Both the position numbers and the translations under genes were made by a program. A stretch of DNA of 33,705 bases from positions 1 to 33,705 of the forward strand of contig CAIZMD010000746.1 in NCBI GenBank assembly GCA_903933995.1, read 5' to 3'. Position 1 is the stretch's first letter. Each line of letters begins with the position of its first letter. Below are positions 10,171 through 19,392 of this stretch, piece after piece. The DNA is from an uncultured Bacteroidota bacterium. Lineage in GTDB: Bacteria; Bacteroidota; Bacteroidia; Chitinophagales; Chitinophagaceae. The notes beneath the pieces were generated by a model. It ran no database searches, was not told where the DNA came from, and saw only the letters and a program-made list of their open reading frames with translations.

Positions 10171-10599
10171 TTAAGACTGAATATAAGTCTGTAATTGGGA
10201 GATTGTCTCCTGTTGATTCAAAATGGTTTCCGTAACTACGTCATTGATAGAGATAATCCCTACTAATTTTCCGGAATCATATACAGGTAAGTATCTTATA
10301 TGTTTGGAACTCATGAGCTGCATACATTTTTCAACGGAATCCTGAGGTGCCACTGGTGGAAAATCAGTTGTCATGATTTCACCTACTGGGGTTTCACTCG
10401 AATGCCTTCCATTTAATATTACTTTTCTGGAATAGTCTCTTTCTGTAATAATGCCCAAAAACCGATCCGCTTCCATGACTACTAAAGAACCAATATTTTG
10501 CTCCGCCATTAATTCAAGGGCTTTGATCACAGTAAGGTCTGAAGAAACGGCACTTACTTTATTTCCTTTCCTTTTTAGGATATCGCTTACTTTTCTCAT
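10171..10599 (-). CDS. CBS domain pair protein
   Basis: Likely start MRKVSDIL (10599); NIGSLVV, GIITERDY, IRYLPV and GIISIND tandem CBS motifs. Confidence 0.92.
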   Translation of the reverse strand: MRKVSDILKRKGNKVSAVSSDLTVIKALELMAEQNIGSLVVMEADRFLGIITERDYSRKVILNGRHSSETPVGEIMTTDFPPVAPQDSVEKCMQLMSSKHIRYLPVYDSGKLVGIISINDVVTETILNQQETISQLQTYIQS

Positions 10600-10803
10600 A
10601 TGGACAATTTGAGTGTTTAATTTAATCAATCTTGGGCATTATTGCAACTAAATTTTTTACAAAGGAATTGCTCAATGTTGTGCAAATTGGTCAGAAATCC
10701 GCTTCTCAACTATAACATTTATCATAATTTAAGGAAAGAAAAGGTTGTATAAATTGGGAAAGAACATTGGTATGATTAAATTGAAGTCAAAATTATTATT
10801 GCC

Positions 10804-11106
10804 ATGAAAAAAATGTTACTTATCCTGACAGCCTTCGTATGTATGATAGGCATGAGTTTTGCGCAAACAAAAAAAGATGCTAAAGCTGCACCCGCAAAAG
10901 TTGAAAAAGCAGCACCTGCTGCAAAAGTTGAAAAAGCGGCACCTGCTGCAAAAGCTGCCGCTCCTACTAAAAAAGACGGCACACCAGATATGCGCTTTAA
11001 AGAAAATAAAGAAGCAGCAAAACCTGCTGGACCAACCAAAAAAGATGGTACACCAGATATGCGTTACAAAGAAAATAAAGGAGCAGCTCCGAAATCAAAA
11101 GGATAA
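10804..11106 (+). CDS. Small exported basic protein with two KKDGTPDMR(F/Y)KENK motifs
   Basis: Signal peptide ending SFA-Q, Ala/Lys/Pro-rich linker, duplicated motif, followed directly by a terminator. Confidence 0.85.
   Translation: MKKMLLILTAFVCMIGMSFAQTKKDAKAAPAKVEKAAPAAKVEKAAPAAKAAAPTKKDGTPDMRFKENKEAAKPAGPTKKDGTPDMRYKENKGAAPKSKG
10894..10954 (+). repeat. 27-bp in-frame tandem repeat (two copies plus a partial third) encoding AKVEKAAPA
   Basis: gcaaaagttgaaaaagcRgcacctgct at 10894 and 10921, then gcaaaag at 10948. Confidence 0.9.
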
Positions 11107-11115
11107 TGTACTTCA

Positions 11116-11149
11116 AATGAAAACGGCCTCCCAAGGGGCCGTTTTCATT
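11116..11149. terminator. Hairpin terminator between convergent genes, overlapping the HI0933 gene stop
   Basis: aatgaaaacggcc-tcccaagg-ggccgttttcatt. Confidence 0.8.
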
Positions 11150-12371
11150 ATATATGATCTCCAATACTCTTGGCTGCTATCCAACCAGATGTCCAGGCAT
11201 TTTGAAAATTAAAGCCCCCAGTAACCCCATCAATATCCATTACCTCGCCTGCAAAAAAGAGATTGGGAATTTTCTTACTCATCATGGTATTGGCATCTAT
11301 CTCTGATAATTTAATGCCCCCACAAGTAACAAATTCTTCTTTAAAAGTGGTTTTGCCATTTACTTGAAAGCTATGACCAGTGAGTAATTGAATCAACTTA
11401 TTTTGGTCTTTGGATGCTAAATCAGCCCAACGATTTTCCGGATTGATACCAGCAGTTTCTAATAAAAAAATCCAAATTCTGGAAGGTAAACCAAAGGGAT
11501 TACGATTGATGATTTTTTGTACTGATAAAGATGTTCTGATGCCATGCCATGCTTCACGCAAACTATTCTCGTGATAGTCTGGCACCCAATTCACCGTAAT
11601 CTGGTATTGGTAAGCAGCGTCTGCCAATTGTCTGGCTCCCCAGGCAGAAAGCTTTAACACAACAGGGCCACTTAATCCCCAATGGGTAATGAGCAAGGGT
11701 CCCTCTTCTACTAATTTGGTTCCATTGATTTTTACCTGCGCCCTTTCAACCGATACCCCCATCAGTGCTGTAATCGGATGCTTGGGTAAATTAAAAGTAA
11801 ACAAAGAAGGAACAGGAGATTCAATCTGGTGTCCTAAAGCGGTTAACCAATCAAACATAGCAGCTTTTGGATAACCACCAGTAGCAACACAAAGCCATTG
11901 ACATTGAAAGGTTTTTCCATTTGCTGTTTGGAGTTCAAAACCTTCCGAAGACTTTATGGATGTTACTTCAGTTTGCAACTGCAGTTTTACGCTGTATTTA
12001 TCGGCTTCTTGTAACAAGCAGTTAATAATGGTTTGTGAATCATTGGAATCCGGAAACATTCTACCGTCTTGTTCCGTTTTCAATTTCACGCCCCTTTCTT
12101 CAAACCACTCAATGGTATCTTTAGTATTAAACCAGTGAAAAGATTTTTTGAGAAACTGTTGCCCCCTTGGATATTTTTTAACCAAGTCGCCCATTTCAAA
12201 ACAAGCATGGGTGGTATTACACCTTCCACCACCACTCACTTTTACTTTAGACAATAATTTGTTGCTTTTTTCTAGAATCAATACTTCCAAATTGGGATGC
12301 ATTCTTGCCGCATTTACGGCACAGAAAAATCCAGCTGCTCCTCCCCCAATTACAATCAATTTCTTTGACAT
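11148..12371 (-). CDS. HI0933/YhiN/BaiN-family flavoprotein
   Basis: GGGAAG FAD motif, KVKVSGGGRCN, DGRMFP, THWGLSGP, TCGGI and GGFNFQNAWTSG family signatures. Confidence 0.95.
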   Translation of the reverse strand: MSKKLIVIGGGAAGFFCAVNAARMHPNLEVLILEKSNKLLSKVKVSGGGRCNTTHACFEMGDLVKKYPRGQQFLKKSFHWFNTKDTIEWFEERGVKLKTEQDGRMFPDSNDSQTIINCLLQEADKYSVKLQLQTEVTSIKSSEGFELQTANGKTFQCQWLCVATGGYPKAAMFDWLTALGHQIESPVPSLFTFNLPKHPITALMGVSVERAQVKINGTKLVEEGPLLITHWGLSGPVVLKLSAWGARQLADAAYQYQITVNWVPDYHENSLREAWHGIRTSLSVQKIINRNPFGLPSRIWIFLLETAGINPENRWADLASKDQNKLIQLLTGHSFQVNGKTTFKEEFVTCGGIKLSEIDANTMMSKKIPNLFFAGEVMDIDGVTGGFNFQNAWTSGWIAAKSIGDHI

Positions 12372-12375
12372 GGCA

Positions 12376-13908
12376 TTATTTCATGAGCATGATGGCAGCA
12401 AATGTTTCAATCCCATTCCAAAGATTGCTTAACCGAATGTTTTCATTCTCTGCGTGCTGGTTATTATCATGATTGGCTACAGGTACTGTAATGGTTTTAG
12501 CTTTCAGTTCCTTTTCAAAAACAAAGAGTGGAAGACTGCCTCCAACCGATGGCATCAACACTACTTGGTCTACCGTAGTAGATTGCACTGCTTTAATAAT
12601 TTGCTGTGCAATGGGCAAATCCATAGAGGTTCTTTGTGCGTTGTATCCATCGCTCAATTGAACTTTGGCAATCTTGCTATATTGCTTTCTCTGGGCTTCT
12701 GTTGGGTCTTGATCCGTAACAAAATAGCCTTGCAATTTAATATGGTCTACCACTTTTAATTGTTGCTTTCTAGCATCATTACCCAAGACCAATCTCAAGT
12801 CAATAGATGCAGTAGCAGTAGTGGGTATTACATTACTAGATAGCTTACCAACATTGGCACTTTGTAATCCGTTAATATTTAGCGATGGTTGTAAAATAGC
12901 TTCGGATAAAGACCAGTTGCTATTCTCTTGTTGTACAAATCCCAATTCATTTTTCATTTGCGCATCTGGAGCTGGAATAGCCGCAAGCGCTTGTTTTTCT
13001 TTGGCAGAAAGAGGCGTAACATCATCATAAAAACCTTTGATCAATACCTTTCCATTTTCATCCTTCATAGACGTTAAAAGATGGGTAAGTAAGTTGGCTG
13101 GATTAGGTGCCCAGTTGCCATAGTGTCCACTATGCAGGGGACGTTTACTGCCATACACCGTGAGTTCAATATGGGTATCACCTCTTACGCCAAATATCAC
13201 AGCTTTTTTACCTGATTGATGAACGGGTCCATCACAGATGATCCAAATATCAGATGCCAATAAAGACTGATTTTTTTGCAAAATTTCATGCAAGTGCTCT
13301 GACCCTGCTTCCTCTTCTCCTTCAAAAAAGAATTTCAAATTAAAAGCTGTTTTCATGCCAGTAGCCACTATAGATTCATAAGCTGAAAGAATAGACATCA
13401 CACCAGCTTTGTCATCAGAAGCACCACGAGCATAGATTCGCCAATTAGGGTTAATGGATGCTTGATCAGTAGGCCAAGGAATAGGAATAGCTTGTTGCTC
13501 TAATGAACCATTGAATAAGGTTGGTTTAAACGGATGTAGGCCTTTGAACCATTTGGTACTATCGGCAGGTTGTCCATCATAATGGGCGTAAAAAATAATA
13601 GTTTGTTTGGCCCCGGGGGTAATCACTTCTCCATATACAGCGGGCGCTATTCCAGGAGTTTTGGCTTCTAATAGTTGTAAATTACCAATACCCCTAGCCT
13701 GCATCATTTGCAGAATGGCTTGGGCATTTTTCTCCATATTGGATTTGTCCGATGCCAGATTGGGAATGGACAAAAAGGATTGATATTCTTTTAACCAGCG
13801 GTGTTCTTGCTTAACGCGATAGTCTCTGATAGCAAGGGTTGCAGGCGATTGCGCCAACACACTACTACTAAATACAAGTAATAGCCCAAAGAATCCATTT
13901 TTTAGCAT
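12376..13908 (-). CDS. M20/M25/M40 family metallopeptidase/amidohydrolase with signal peptide
   Basis: Metal-ligand motifs YAHYDGQP, RGASDDK, EGEEE and QHAENEN; HSGHYG; N-terminal signal ending VLA-Q. Confidence 0.92.
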   Translation of the reverse strand: MLKNGFFGLLLVFSSSVLAQSPATLAIRDYRVKQEHRWLKEYQSFLSIPNLASDKSNMEKNAQAILQMMQARGIGNLQLLEAKTPGIAPAVYGEVITPGAKQTIIFYAHYDGQPADSTKWFKGLHPFKPTLFNGSLEQQAIPIPWPTDQASINPNWRIYARGASDDKAGVMSILSAYESIVATGMKTAFNLKFFFEGEEEAGSEHLHEILQKNQSLLASDIWIICDGPVHQSGKKAVIFGVRGDTHIELTVYGSKRPLHSGHYGNWAPNPANLLTHLLTSMKDENGKVLIKGFYDDVTPLSAKEKQALAAIPAPDAQMKNELGFVQQENSNWSLSEAILQPSLNINGLQSANVGKLSSNVIPTTATASIDLRLVLGNDARKQQLKVVDHIKLQGYFVTDQDPTEAQRKQYSKIAKVQLSDGYNAQRTSMDLPIAQQIIKAVQSTTVDQVVLMPSVGGSLPLFVFEKELKAKTITVPVANHDNNQHAENENIRLSNLWNGIETFAAIMLMK

Positions 13909-13949
13909 ATGCAGTTCTCTTTGGGTCTAAGTTACAAAAGCCCACAGTA

Positions 13950-14771
13950 TTAGTAATAGGAACTATTCAAATGGGGATTGGCTTTTTCAGCAGCTTCAAT
14001 AATACTATAGTCAGAAAGGATTAAAGCTTGGTTGCGCTTAACACAAACATCGTGTTCAAAATGCACAGAAGGTTGACCATCACGGGTACGAACTGTCCAA
14101 CCATCGTCATCGGTATACACTTCTCTACCACCTAAGTTGATCATGGGCTCAATTGCTAGCACCAAGTTTTCTTTCATCTTATGACCGGTTCCACGTTTGC
14201 CATAATTGGGTACTTGTGGATCTTCGTGTAAGCTTCTACCCAATCCATGACCAACCAGTTCTCTTACAACACCATAACCAAATTTTGTTTCAGTATGATC
14301 TTGTATAGCATAAGAAATATCGCCCACGCGATTATTGATCACTGCTTTTTCTATTCCCTTGTATAAAGATTCTTTGGTCACTTTTACCAATTGTAAAATC
14401 TCTGGTGCTACATCACCCATGATAAAAGTATACGCATGATCACCATGCCAGCCTTTTAAAATCACACCCATGTCTATAGAAACGATATCGCCATTTTTAA
14501 GGGGTGTATCATTGGGGAAACCGTGTACTACCACGTCATTCACAGAAGCACAAATATGGTGCGGATAACCATGATAATTGTAAAAAGAAGGAATAGCATT
14601 ATGCTCTTTTACAAAATTGAGACAAAGCTTATCTATATCCATGGTTGTAACGCCAGGCTTTAGCATTTTGGCAACTTCAGTAAGTGTTTTACTAACCAAC
14701 ATTGCCGCGTCCTTCATCAGGGCTATTTCTGCATCTGTTTTATGAATTATCATATTGCTTCTTCTGCTCAT
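13950..14771 (-). CDS. map: Type I methionine aminopeptidase (the start may be the second Met at 14753)
   Basis: CASVNDVVVHG, IDMG...GDHA, GHGLG..LHEDP, AIEPM and HFEH motifs; located downstream of secY. Confidence 0.97.
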   Translation of the reverse strand: MSRRSNMIIHKTDAEIALMKDAAMLVSKTLTEVAKMLKPGVTTMDIDKLCLNFVKEHNAIPSFYNYHGYPHHICASVNDVVVHGFPNDTPLKNGDIVSIDMGVILKGWHGDHAYTFIMGDVAPEILQLVKVTKESLYKGIEKAVINNRVGDISYAIQDHTETKFGYGVVRELVGHGLGRSLHEDPQVPNYGKRGTGHKMKENLVLAIEPMINLGGREVYTDDDGWTVRTRDGQPSVHFEHDVCVKRNQALILSDYSIIEAAEKANPHLNSSYY

Positions 14772-14776
14772 GTTCT

Positions 14777-14814
14777 AAAAAAATAAACCTGTTAGGACTG
14801 GCCCAACAGGTTTA
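14777..14814 (-). terminator. Intrinsic terminator-like hairpin between secY and map
   Basis: Minus strand taaacctgttggg-ccagt-cctaacaggttta followed by T7. Confidence 0.7.
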
Positions 14815-14832
14815 CCATTATCGTTTATTAGA

Positions 14833-16179
14833 TTAGATAGTGGAGGTAGACACTGTTTGACGTCCTTGAACCCTTCCGCTATTCATTAATCCATCGTATT
14901 GACGCATCAACAAATGTGTTTCTATCTGCTGTAAGGTATCTAAGATTACACCAACCATAATCAATAGAGAAGTTCCTCCAAAGAAAGAGCTGAATCCTTG
15001 TGTAACACCTAAACGCTGAGCAAAACCTGGCATGATACCTACCAAGGCCAAGAAAATGGCGCCAGGCAAAGTAATCTTATCCATGATAGAACCAATATAA
15101 TCTGCAGTTGGTTGACCAGGTTTAACACCAGGTACAAAACCATTGTTGCGCTTAAGGTCTTCAGAGATTTGCTTAGGGTTAAAGATCAACGCAGTGTATA
15201 AGAAAGTAAATCCAATAACCATTACGGAATAGATAACCATGTACCAAACATTGCTATGGTCATTGAAGATTCTTACAATACCTTGAGCTGAATCAATATT
15301 GGTAAAGGAAACCAAGGTAGGCAAGAACATGATAGCCTGAGCAAAGATGATTGGCATAACACCAGCACTATTTACCTTAATTGGTAAGAACTGACGAGCA
15401 CCACCAAATTGACGGTTACCAATAATTTGCTTGGCATAGTTTACAGGAATCTTACGAACACCTTGTACCAAGATAATCAAAGCCATGATCACGGTTACTA
15501 AGATGGCAATCTCAATTAAGAAGATCAACAAACCACCACCGCCTTTTTGACCTTTGGCACTAAATTCTTGAACAATATTTTGTGGAAGACGAGCCAAGAT
15601 ACCTACCATGATGATGATAGAAGTACCATTACCCAAACCTTTGTCTTGGATTTTCTCTCCTAACCACATTACAAACAGGGTACCTGCAGTAAGGGTAAGA
15701 ATGGTAGAGAACCAAAAGAAGGGTTTATAAGCCACTAAAATAGCTTCTGCATATCCAGGGCTGTTCAAATAACCAACATAGGCAGCAGCCTGGAAGATGG
15801 TTACAATCACAGTCAGGTAACGAGTCCACTGATTAATTTTCTTTCTGCCGCTCTCTCCTTCTTTCTGAACTTTCTGTAATTGAGGAACCAAGATGGTCAT
15901 CAACTGCATAAAGATAGAAGCTGAGATATAAGGCATGATACCCAAGGCCAAGATAGAGGCTTGTGAAAAACCACCACCGGCAAACATGTCAAAAATACCT
16001 AGTAAGCCATTGCTTTTAGAAGCCTGTTGAGCAGCTTCTATTCCGTTTGGATCCAAACCGGGTAAAACAATGTGGTTACCAATACGGTAGGTAAGCACCA
16101 GTGCCAACGTGATAACAATCTTGTTACGCAGCTCTTCGATGGCCCATATATTCTTTAAAGTCTGAACTAATTTTTTCAC
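14833..16179 (-). CDS. secY: Preprotein translocase subunit SecY (GTG start)
   Basis: SILALGIMPYISASI, WLGEKI...GLGNGTS, AGVMPIIFA, VPGVKPG and GGTSLLIMVGV motifs. Confidence 0.99.
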   Translation of the reverse strand: MKKLVQTLKNIWAIEELRNKIVITLALVLTYRIGNHIVLPGLDPNGIEAAQQASKSNGLLGIFDMFAGGGFSQASILALGIMPYISASIFMQLMTILVPQLQKVQKEGESGRKKINQWTRYLTVIVTIFQAAAYVGYLNSPGYAEAILVAYKPFFWFSTILTLTAGTLFVMWLGEKIQDKGLGNGTSIIIMVGILARLPQNIVQEFSAKGQKGGGGLLIFLIEIAILVTVIMALIILVQGVRKIPVNYAKQIIGNRQFGGARQFLPIKVNSAGVMPIIFAQAIMFLPTLVSFTNIDSAQGIVRIFNDHSNVWYMVIYSVMVIGFTFLYTALIFNPKQISEDLKRNNGFVPGVKPGQPTADYIGSIMDKITLPGAIFLALVGIMPGFAQRLGVTQGFSSFFGGTSLLIMVGVILDTLQQIETHLLMRQYDGLMNSGRVQGRQTVSTSTI

Positions 16180-16213
16180 TGATACTATTTGTTAGAAGTT
16201 AATATCCATAACC

Positions 16214-16239
16214 AAAAAAGACGCATCACCGATGCGTCT
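16214..16239 (-). terminator. Intrinsic terminator-like hairpin between rplO and secY
   Basis: Minus strand agacgcatc-ggt-gatgcgtc followed by T6. Confidence 0.72.
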
Positions 16240-16256
16240 GGAAAGTTACAGTAAAA

Positions 16257-16706
16257 TTACTTTACTATTTCAACGCTTCCACCTGCTGCTTCAATTGCTG
16301 CTTTGGCTTTATCGCTTAATTTGTTCACTTTGAAAGAAAGTTTTGCTTTCAATTCACCTGTGGCAAGAATTTTTACCCTATCAGTGCGGCTGATCAAACC
16401 ATTGATATATAAGTTTTCCAAAGAAATCTCTGTGAAACCATATTTCTCTACCAATTGATCCAACTGACCAAGATTAAACACTTTGTATTCTACACGATTA
16501 GCATTCTTAAATCCACGCTTAGGAATACGACGTTGAATTGGCATCTGACCACCTTCGTGTGCCATTTTGCTCTTGTAACCAGCGCGGCTTTGACCACCTT
16601 TGTTACCTTTTGTAGATGTACCACCCTTTCCGGATGCTTCACCTCTACCAATACGTTTTTCCTTGTGAACTGAGCCAGCTGCTGGCTTGAGTGTGTGTAA
16701 TTTCAT
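16257..16706 (-). CDS. rplO: 50S ribosomal protein uL15
   Basis: RIGRG..SGKG, EGGQMP..RRIPKRGF; position in the spc operon. Confidence 0.99.
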   Translation of the reverse strand: MKLHTLKPAAGSVHKEKRIGRGEASGKGGTSTKGNKGGQSRAGYKSKMAHEGGQMPIQRRIPKRGFKNANRVEYKVFNLGQLDQLVEKYGFTEISLENLYINGLISRTDRVKILATGELKAKLSFKVNKLSDKAKAAIEAAGGSVEIVK

Positions 16707-16767
16707 CTGAATTTGATTTTGTACTTAGCGGGGAATCACCCCTCGCAGGTTGTTAAATATAAAACGT

Positions 16768-16812
16768 AAAAATAGGAAAGATAGCAGTATAAAATACAAC
16801 TATGCTTTCCTA
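16768..16812 (-). terminator. Long hairpin plus U5 between rpmD and rplO (terminator or processing stem)
   Basis: Minus strand taggaaag-c-atag...ctat-ctttccta followed by ttttt. Confidence 0.5.
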
Positions 16813-16825
16813 AATCTTTTGTTGA

Positions 16826-17008
16826 TTAAGCTACCTCTTCAACTTTCACCAGATGGCTAACTTTGTTAACCATACCTAGGATCTGTGGAGTGGCTTCAAC
16901 TTCTTTAGAAGCGTTCAACTTATTTAAGCCAAGGGCTTTCAAAGTTAATTTTTGACGCTCCGGTCTGTCGATACCGCTTTTTACTTGTGTGATCTTGATC
17001 TTTTTCAT
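16826..17008 (-). CDS. rpmD: 50S ribosomal protein uL30
   Basis: IKITQVKS.I.R...Q..TL.ALGL; synteny. Confidence 0.98.
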   Translation of the reverse strand: MKKIKITQVKSGIDRPERQKLTLKALGLNKLNASKEVEATPQILGMVNKVSHLVKVEEVA

Positions 17009-17025
17009 TTAATATCTTTTTCGGA

Positions 17026-17547
17026 TTATCCGTTAAATACTTTTGACAGTTTCACCGTACGAGTCTTAGCAACTTGTACTGGCTCTCTCAACAAACCAAG
17101 TGCTTTGATGGTAGCTTTAACCACATTGTGTGGATTAGCAGAACCCAAGCTTTTTGCAAGAACGTCGGTGATACCAGCGCTTTCAAGAACAGCACGCATG
17201 CTGCCTCCCGCGATAACTCCCGCTCCGTGTGCAGCTGGCTTAATCAAAACTTTTGCTGCACCTTCTTTAGCCCACTGTTCGTGAGGAATAGTACCATGCA
17301 TTACAGGAACTTTGGTCAGGTTTTTCTTAGCATCATCAATACCTTTAGCAATTGCTTCTTGTACTTCTTTAGCTTTACCAAGACCTTGGCCAACAATACC
17401 AGCACCGTTTCCTACTACTACAAGAGCAGAAAAGCTGAAGGTACGTCCACCCTTAGTGGTTTTAACTACGCGGTTAATGGCAACTACTTTTTCTTTGAGT
17501 TCCATGTCACCACCTGCTTTCACCTTATTTACGTTTACTTTAGACAT
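17026..17547 (-). CDS. rpsE: 30S ribosomal protein uS5
   Basis: [29 protein letters not shown] and KSLGS.NP.N. Confidence 0.99.
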   Translation of the reverse strand: MSKVNVNKVKAGGDMELKEKVVAINRVVKTTKGGRTFSFSALVVVGNGAGIVGQGLGKAKEVQEAIAKGIDDAKKNLTKVPVMHGTIPHEQWAKEGAAKVLIKPAAHGAGVIAGGSMRAVLESAGITDVLAKSLGSANPHNVVKATIKALGLLREPVQVAKTRTVKLSKVFNG

Positions 17548-17576
17548 TTATCTAACTATTAATTGTTGTTAGCAAA

Positions 17577-17930
17577 TTAGAATTGAAGACCAGCTTCCCT
17601 GGCACCATCAGCAACTGATTTCACACGACCATGGTAAAGGTTACCACCTCTGTCAAATACAACAGTGGTTAAACCTAGAGCAATGGCTTTGGTAGCTATT
17701 GCAGCACCTACTAATTTGGATTTCTCCACTTTAGTAACTTTTTGAGCGGCAATATCTTTGTCCCTTGAAGAGGCAGAAGCCAATGTAACAGCATTATCGT
17801 CATCGATCAATTGTGCATAGATCTCTGCATTGCTTCTAAAAACTGAAAGGCGTGGTTTTACTGCAGTACCAGCAACCTTCTTGCGGATGCGATACCTGAT
17901 TTTTTGCCTTTGAACCAATTTAGAATTCAT
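17577..17930 (-). CDS. rplR: 50S ribosomal protein uL18
   Basis: [13 protein letters not shown] and VVFDRGG..YHGRV...ARE.GL.F. Confidence 0.99.
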   Translation of the reverse strand: MNSKLVQRQKIRYRIRKKVAGTAVKPRLSVFRSNAEIYAQLIDDDNAVTLASASSRDKDIAAQKVTKVEKSKLVGAAIATKAIALGLTTVVFDRGGNLYHGRVKSVADGAREAGLQF

Positions 17931-17995
17931 CTTGTTTATTTTTATAACACCCGATTCTGCCGGATGCCTGTTAGTGTTAATGTTATCCCTTACGC

Positions 17996-18550
17996 TTATT
18001 TACCAGCTGATTTACCTGCTTTTCTTCTCAGGATCTCACCTTGATATTTCACACCTTTTCCTTTGTATGGTTCAGGCTTACGTAAGCTTCTCAATTTAGC
18101 GGCAACTTGACCAACCAATTGTTTGTCAATACCTTCTAAGAAGATTTTAGGGTTCTGACCTTTTTCAGTTAAAGTGCTCACTTTCATTTCAGAAGGAACT
18201 TCAAAAATGATGTTGTGAGAATAACCCAAAGCCAAATCCAAAGTGTTACCAGTGTTAACGGCTTTATAACCTACCCCTACCAATTCCAAGTCTTTCTTGA
18301 AACCTTCAGTTACACCTTTCACCATATTAGAAACCAATGAACGGTATAAACCGTGCATAGCGCGGTGACGAATTTGATCAGTTGGACGCTTCAATTCTAA
18401 TTGAGCATCTGTAATTTCTACAGTGATATCCCTGTCAATTGCTTGTTTCAGTTCGCCTTTAGGGCCTTTCACTGTAAGGGTGTTATCAGCTGCAACGCTG
18501 ATTTTCACTCCTGCTGGTATTGCTACCGGTTGTTTACCAATTCTAGACAT
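17996..18550 (-). CDS. rplF: 50S ribosomal protein uL6
   Basis: [15 protein letters not shown] and [10 protein letters not shown]. Confidence 0.99.
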   Translation of the reverse strand: MSRIGKQPVAIPAGVKISVAADNTLTVKGPKGELKQAIDRDITVEITDAQLELKRPTDQIRHRAMHGLYRSLVSNMVKGVTEGFKKDLELVGVGYKAVNTGNTLDLALGYSHNIIFEVPSEMKVSTLTEKGQNPKIFLEGIDKQLVGQVAAKLRSLRKPEPYKGKGVKYQGEILRRKAGKSAGK

Positions 18551-18652
18551 AGTCGTTTAAAATTAATGATGAGAAAAATCCCGGTCCGTGTTCAGCTCCG
18601 ACTAAAAGCTTAATTGTCAGGCCGGATATATTGGGGGCCTAGGCCCTTTCTA

Positions 18653-19051
18653 TTAATAGATATGACAAAGTACTTCACCACCCACGTTCTCTGCTTTGGC
18701 TTGCTTATCAGTCAATACTCCTTTAGAAGTACTCAAGATAGCTACACCCAAACCATTGATTACGCGTTTGATTTCTGCAGGCTTAGCATATTGACGAAGA
18801 CCTGGACGGCTTACCCTTTCCAAAACCTGAATAGCAGGTTGTTTGGTATTGGGATCGTACTTCAATGCAATCTTGATCAAACCTTGCTTATTGTCATCTT
18901 CAAACTTGTACTTCAAGATATAACCTTGGTCATACAAGATCTCAGTAAGGCGTTTTTTCAGGTTAGAAGCAGGAATTTCAACAATCCTGTGTCCAGCCAT
19001 CTGCGCGTTGCGAATTCTGGTTAAGAAGTCTGCTATAGGATCAGTTACCAT
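18653..19051 (-). CDS. rpsH: 30S ribosomal protein uS8
   Basis: TDPIADFLTRIRNA, RVSRPGLR.Y and STSKGV...GGEV. Confidence 0.99.
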   Translation of the reverse strand: MVTDPIADFLTRIRNAQMAGHRIVEIPASNLKKRLTEILYDQGYILKYKFEDDNKQGLIKIALKYDPNTKQPAIQVLERVSRPGLRQYAKPAEIKRVINGLGVAILSTSKGVLTDKQAKAENVGGEVLCHIY

Positions 19052-19110
19052 AATATTTTATTAAATCAGTTCTAAATTTTGTTTTGCTCGTACCCCAATT
19101 GGGATAAGTA

Positions 19111-19380
19111 TTACCAGCTTGCTTTTTTAACACCTGGAATCATTCCGTTCAAAGCCATGTCACGGAACATGATCCTAGACAGACCAAAGTATCTCATGTA
19201 TCCTTTAGGACGACCAGTTAACTGGCAACGGTTCTTTAAACGTACAGGAGAAGCGTTTTTTGGAAGCAGATCCAAAGCAGCGTAGTCGCCGGCTTCTTTC
19301 AATGCTGCCCTTTTAGTTGCATATTTAGCAACCATTGCTTCACGCTTTCTTTGTCTGGCTTTTACTGATTCTTTTGCCAT
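19111..19380 (-). CDS. rpsN: 30S ribosomal protein uS14 (89-aa form without a zinc ribbon)
   Basis: NRCQLTGRP...PGVKKASW; only one Cys is retained. Confidence 0.99.
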   Translation of the reverse strand: MAKESVKARQRKREAMVAKYATKRAALKEAGDYAALDLLPKNASPVRLKNRCQLTGRPKGYMRYFGLSRIMFRDMALNGMIPGVKKASW

Positions 19381-19392
19381 GATTTGGTATTA

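Noticed and set aside
10776-11212. Alternative ORFs 10776-11039 (-) and 10859-11212 (+)
   Set aside because: Antisense and off-frame readings of the low-complexity repeat gene; only 10804-11106 has a signal peptide and synonymous-site divergence.
19111-19380. Zinc-free uS14 in the main operon
   Set aside because: The 89-aa form without a zinc ribbon is ordinary for this phylum.
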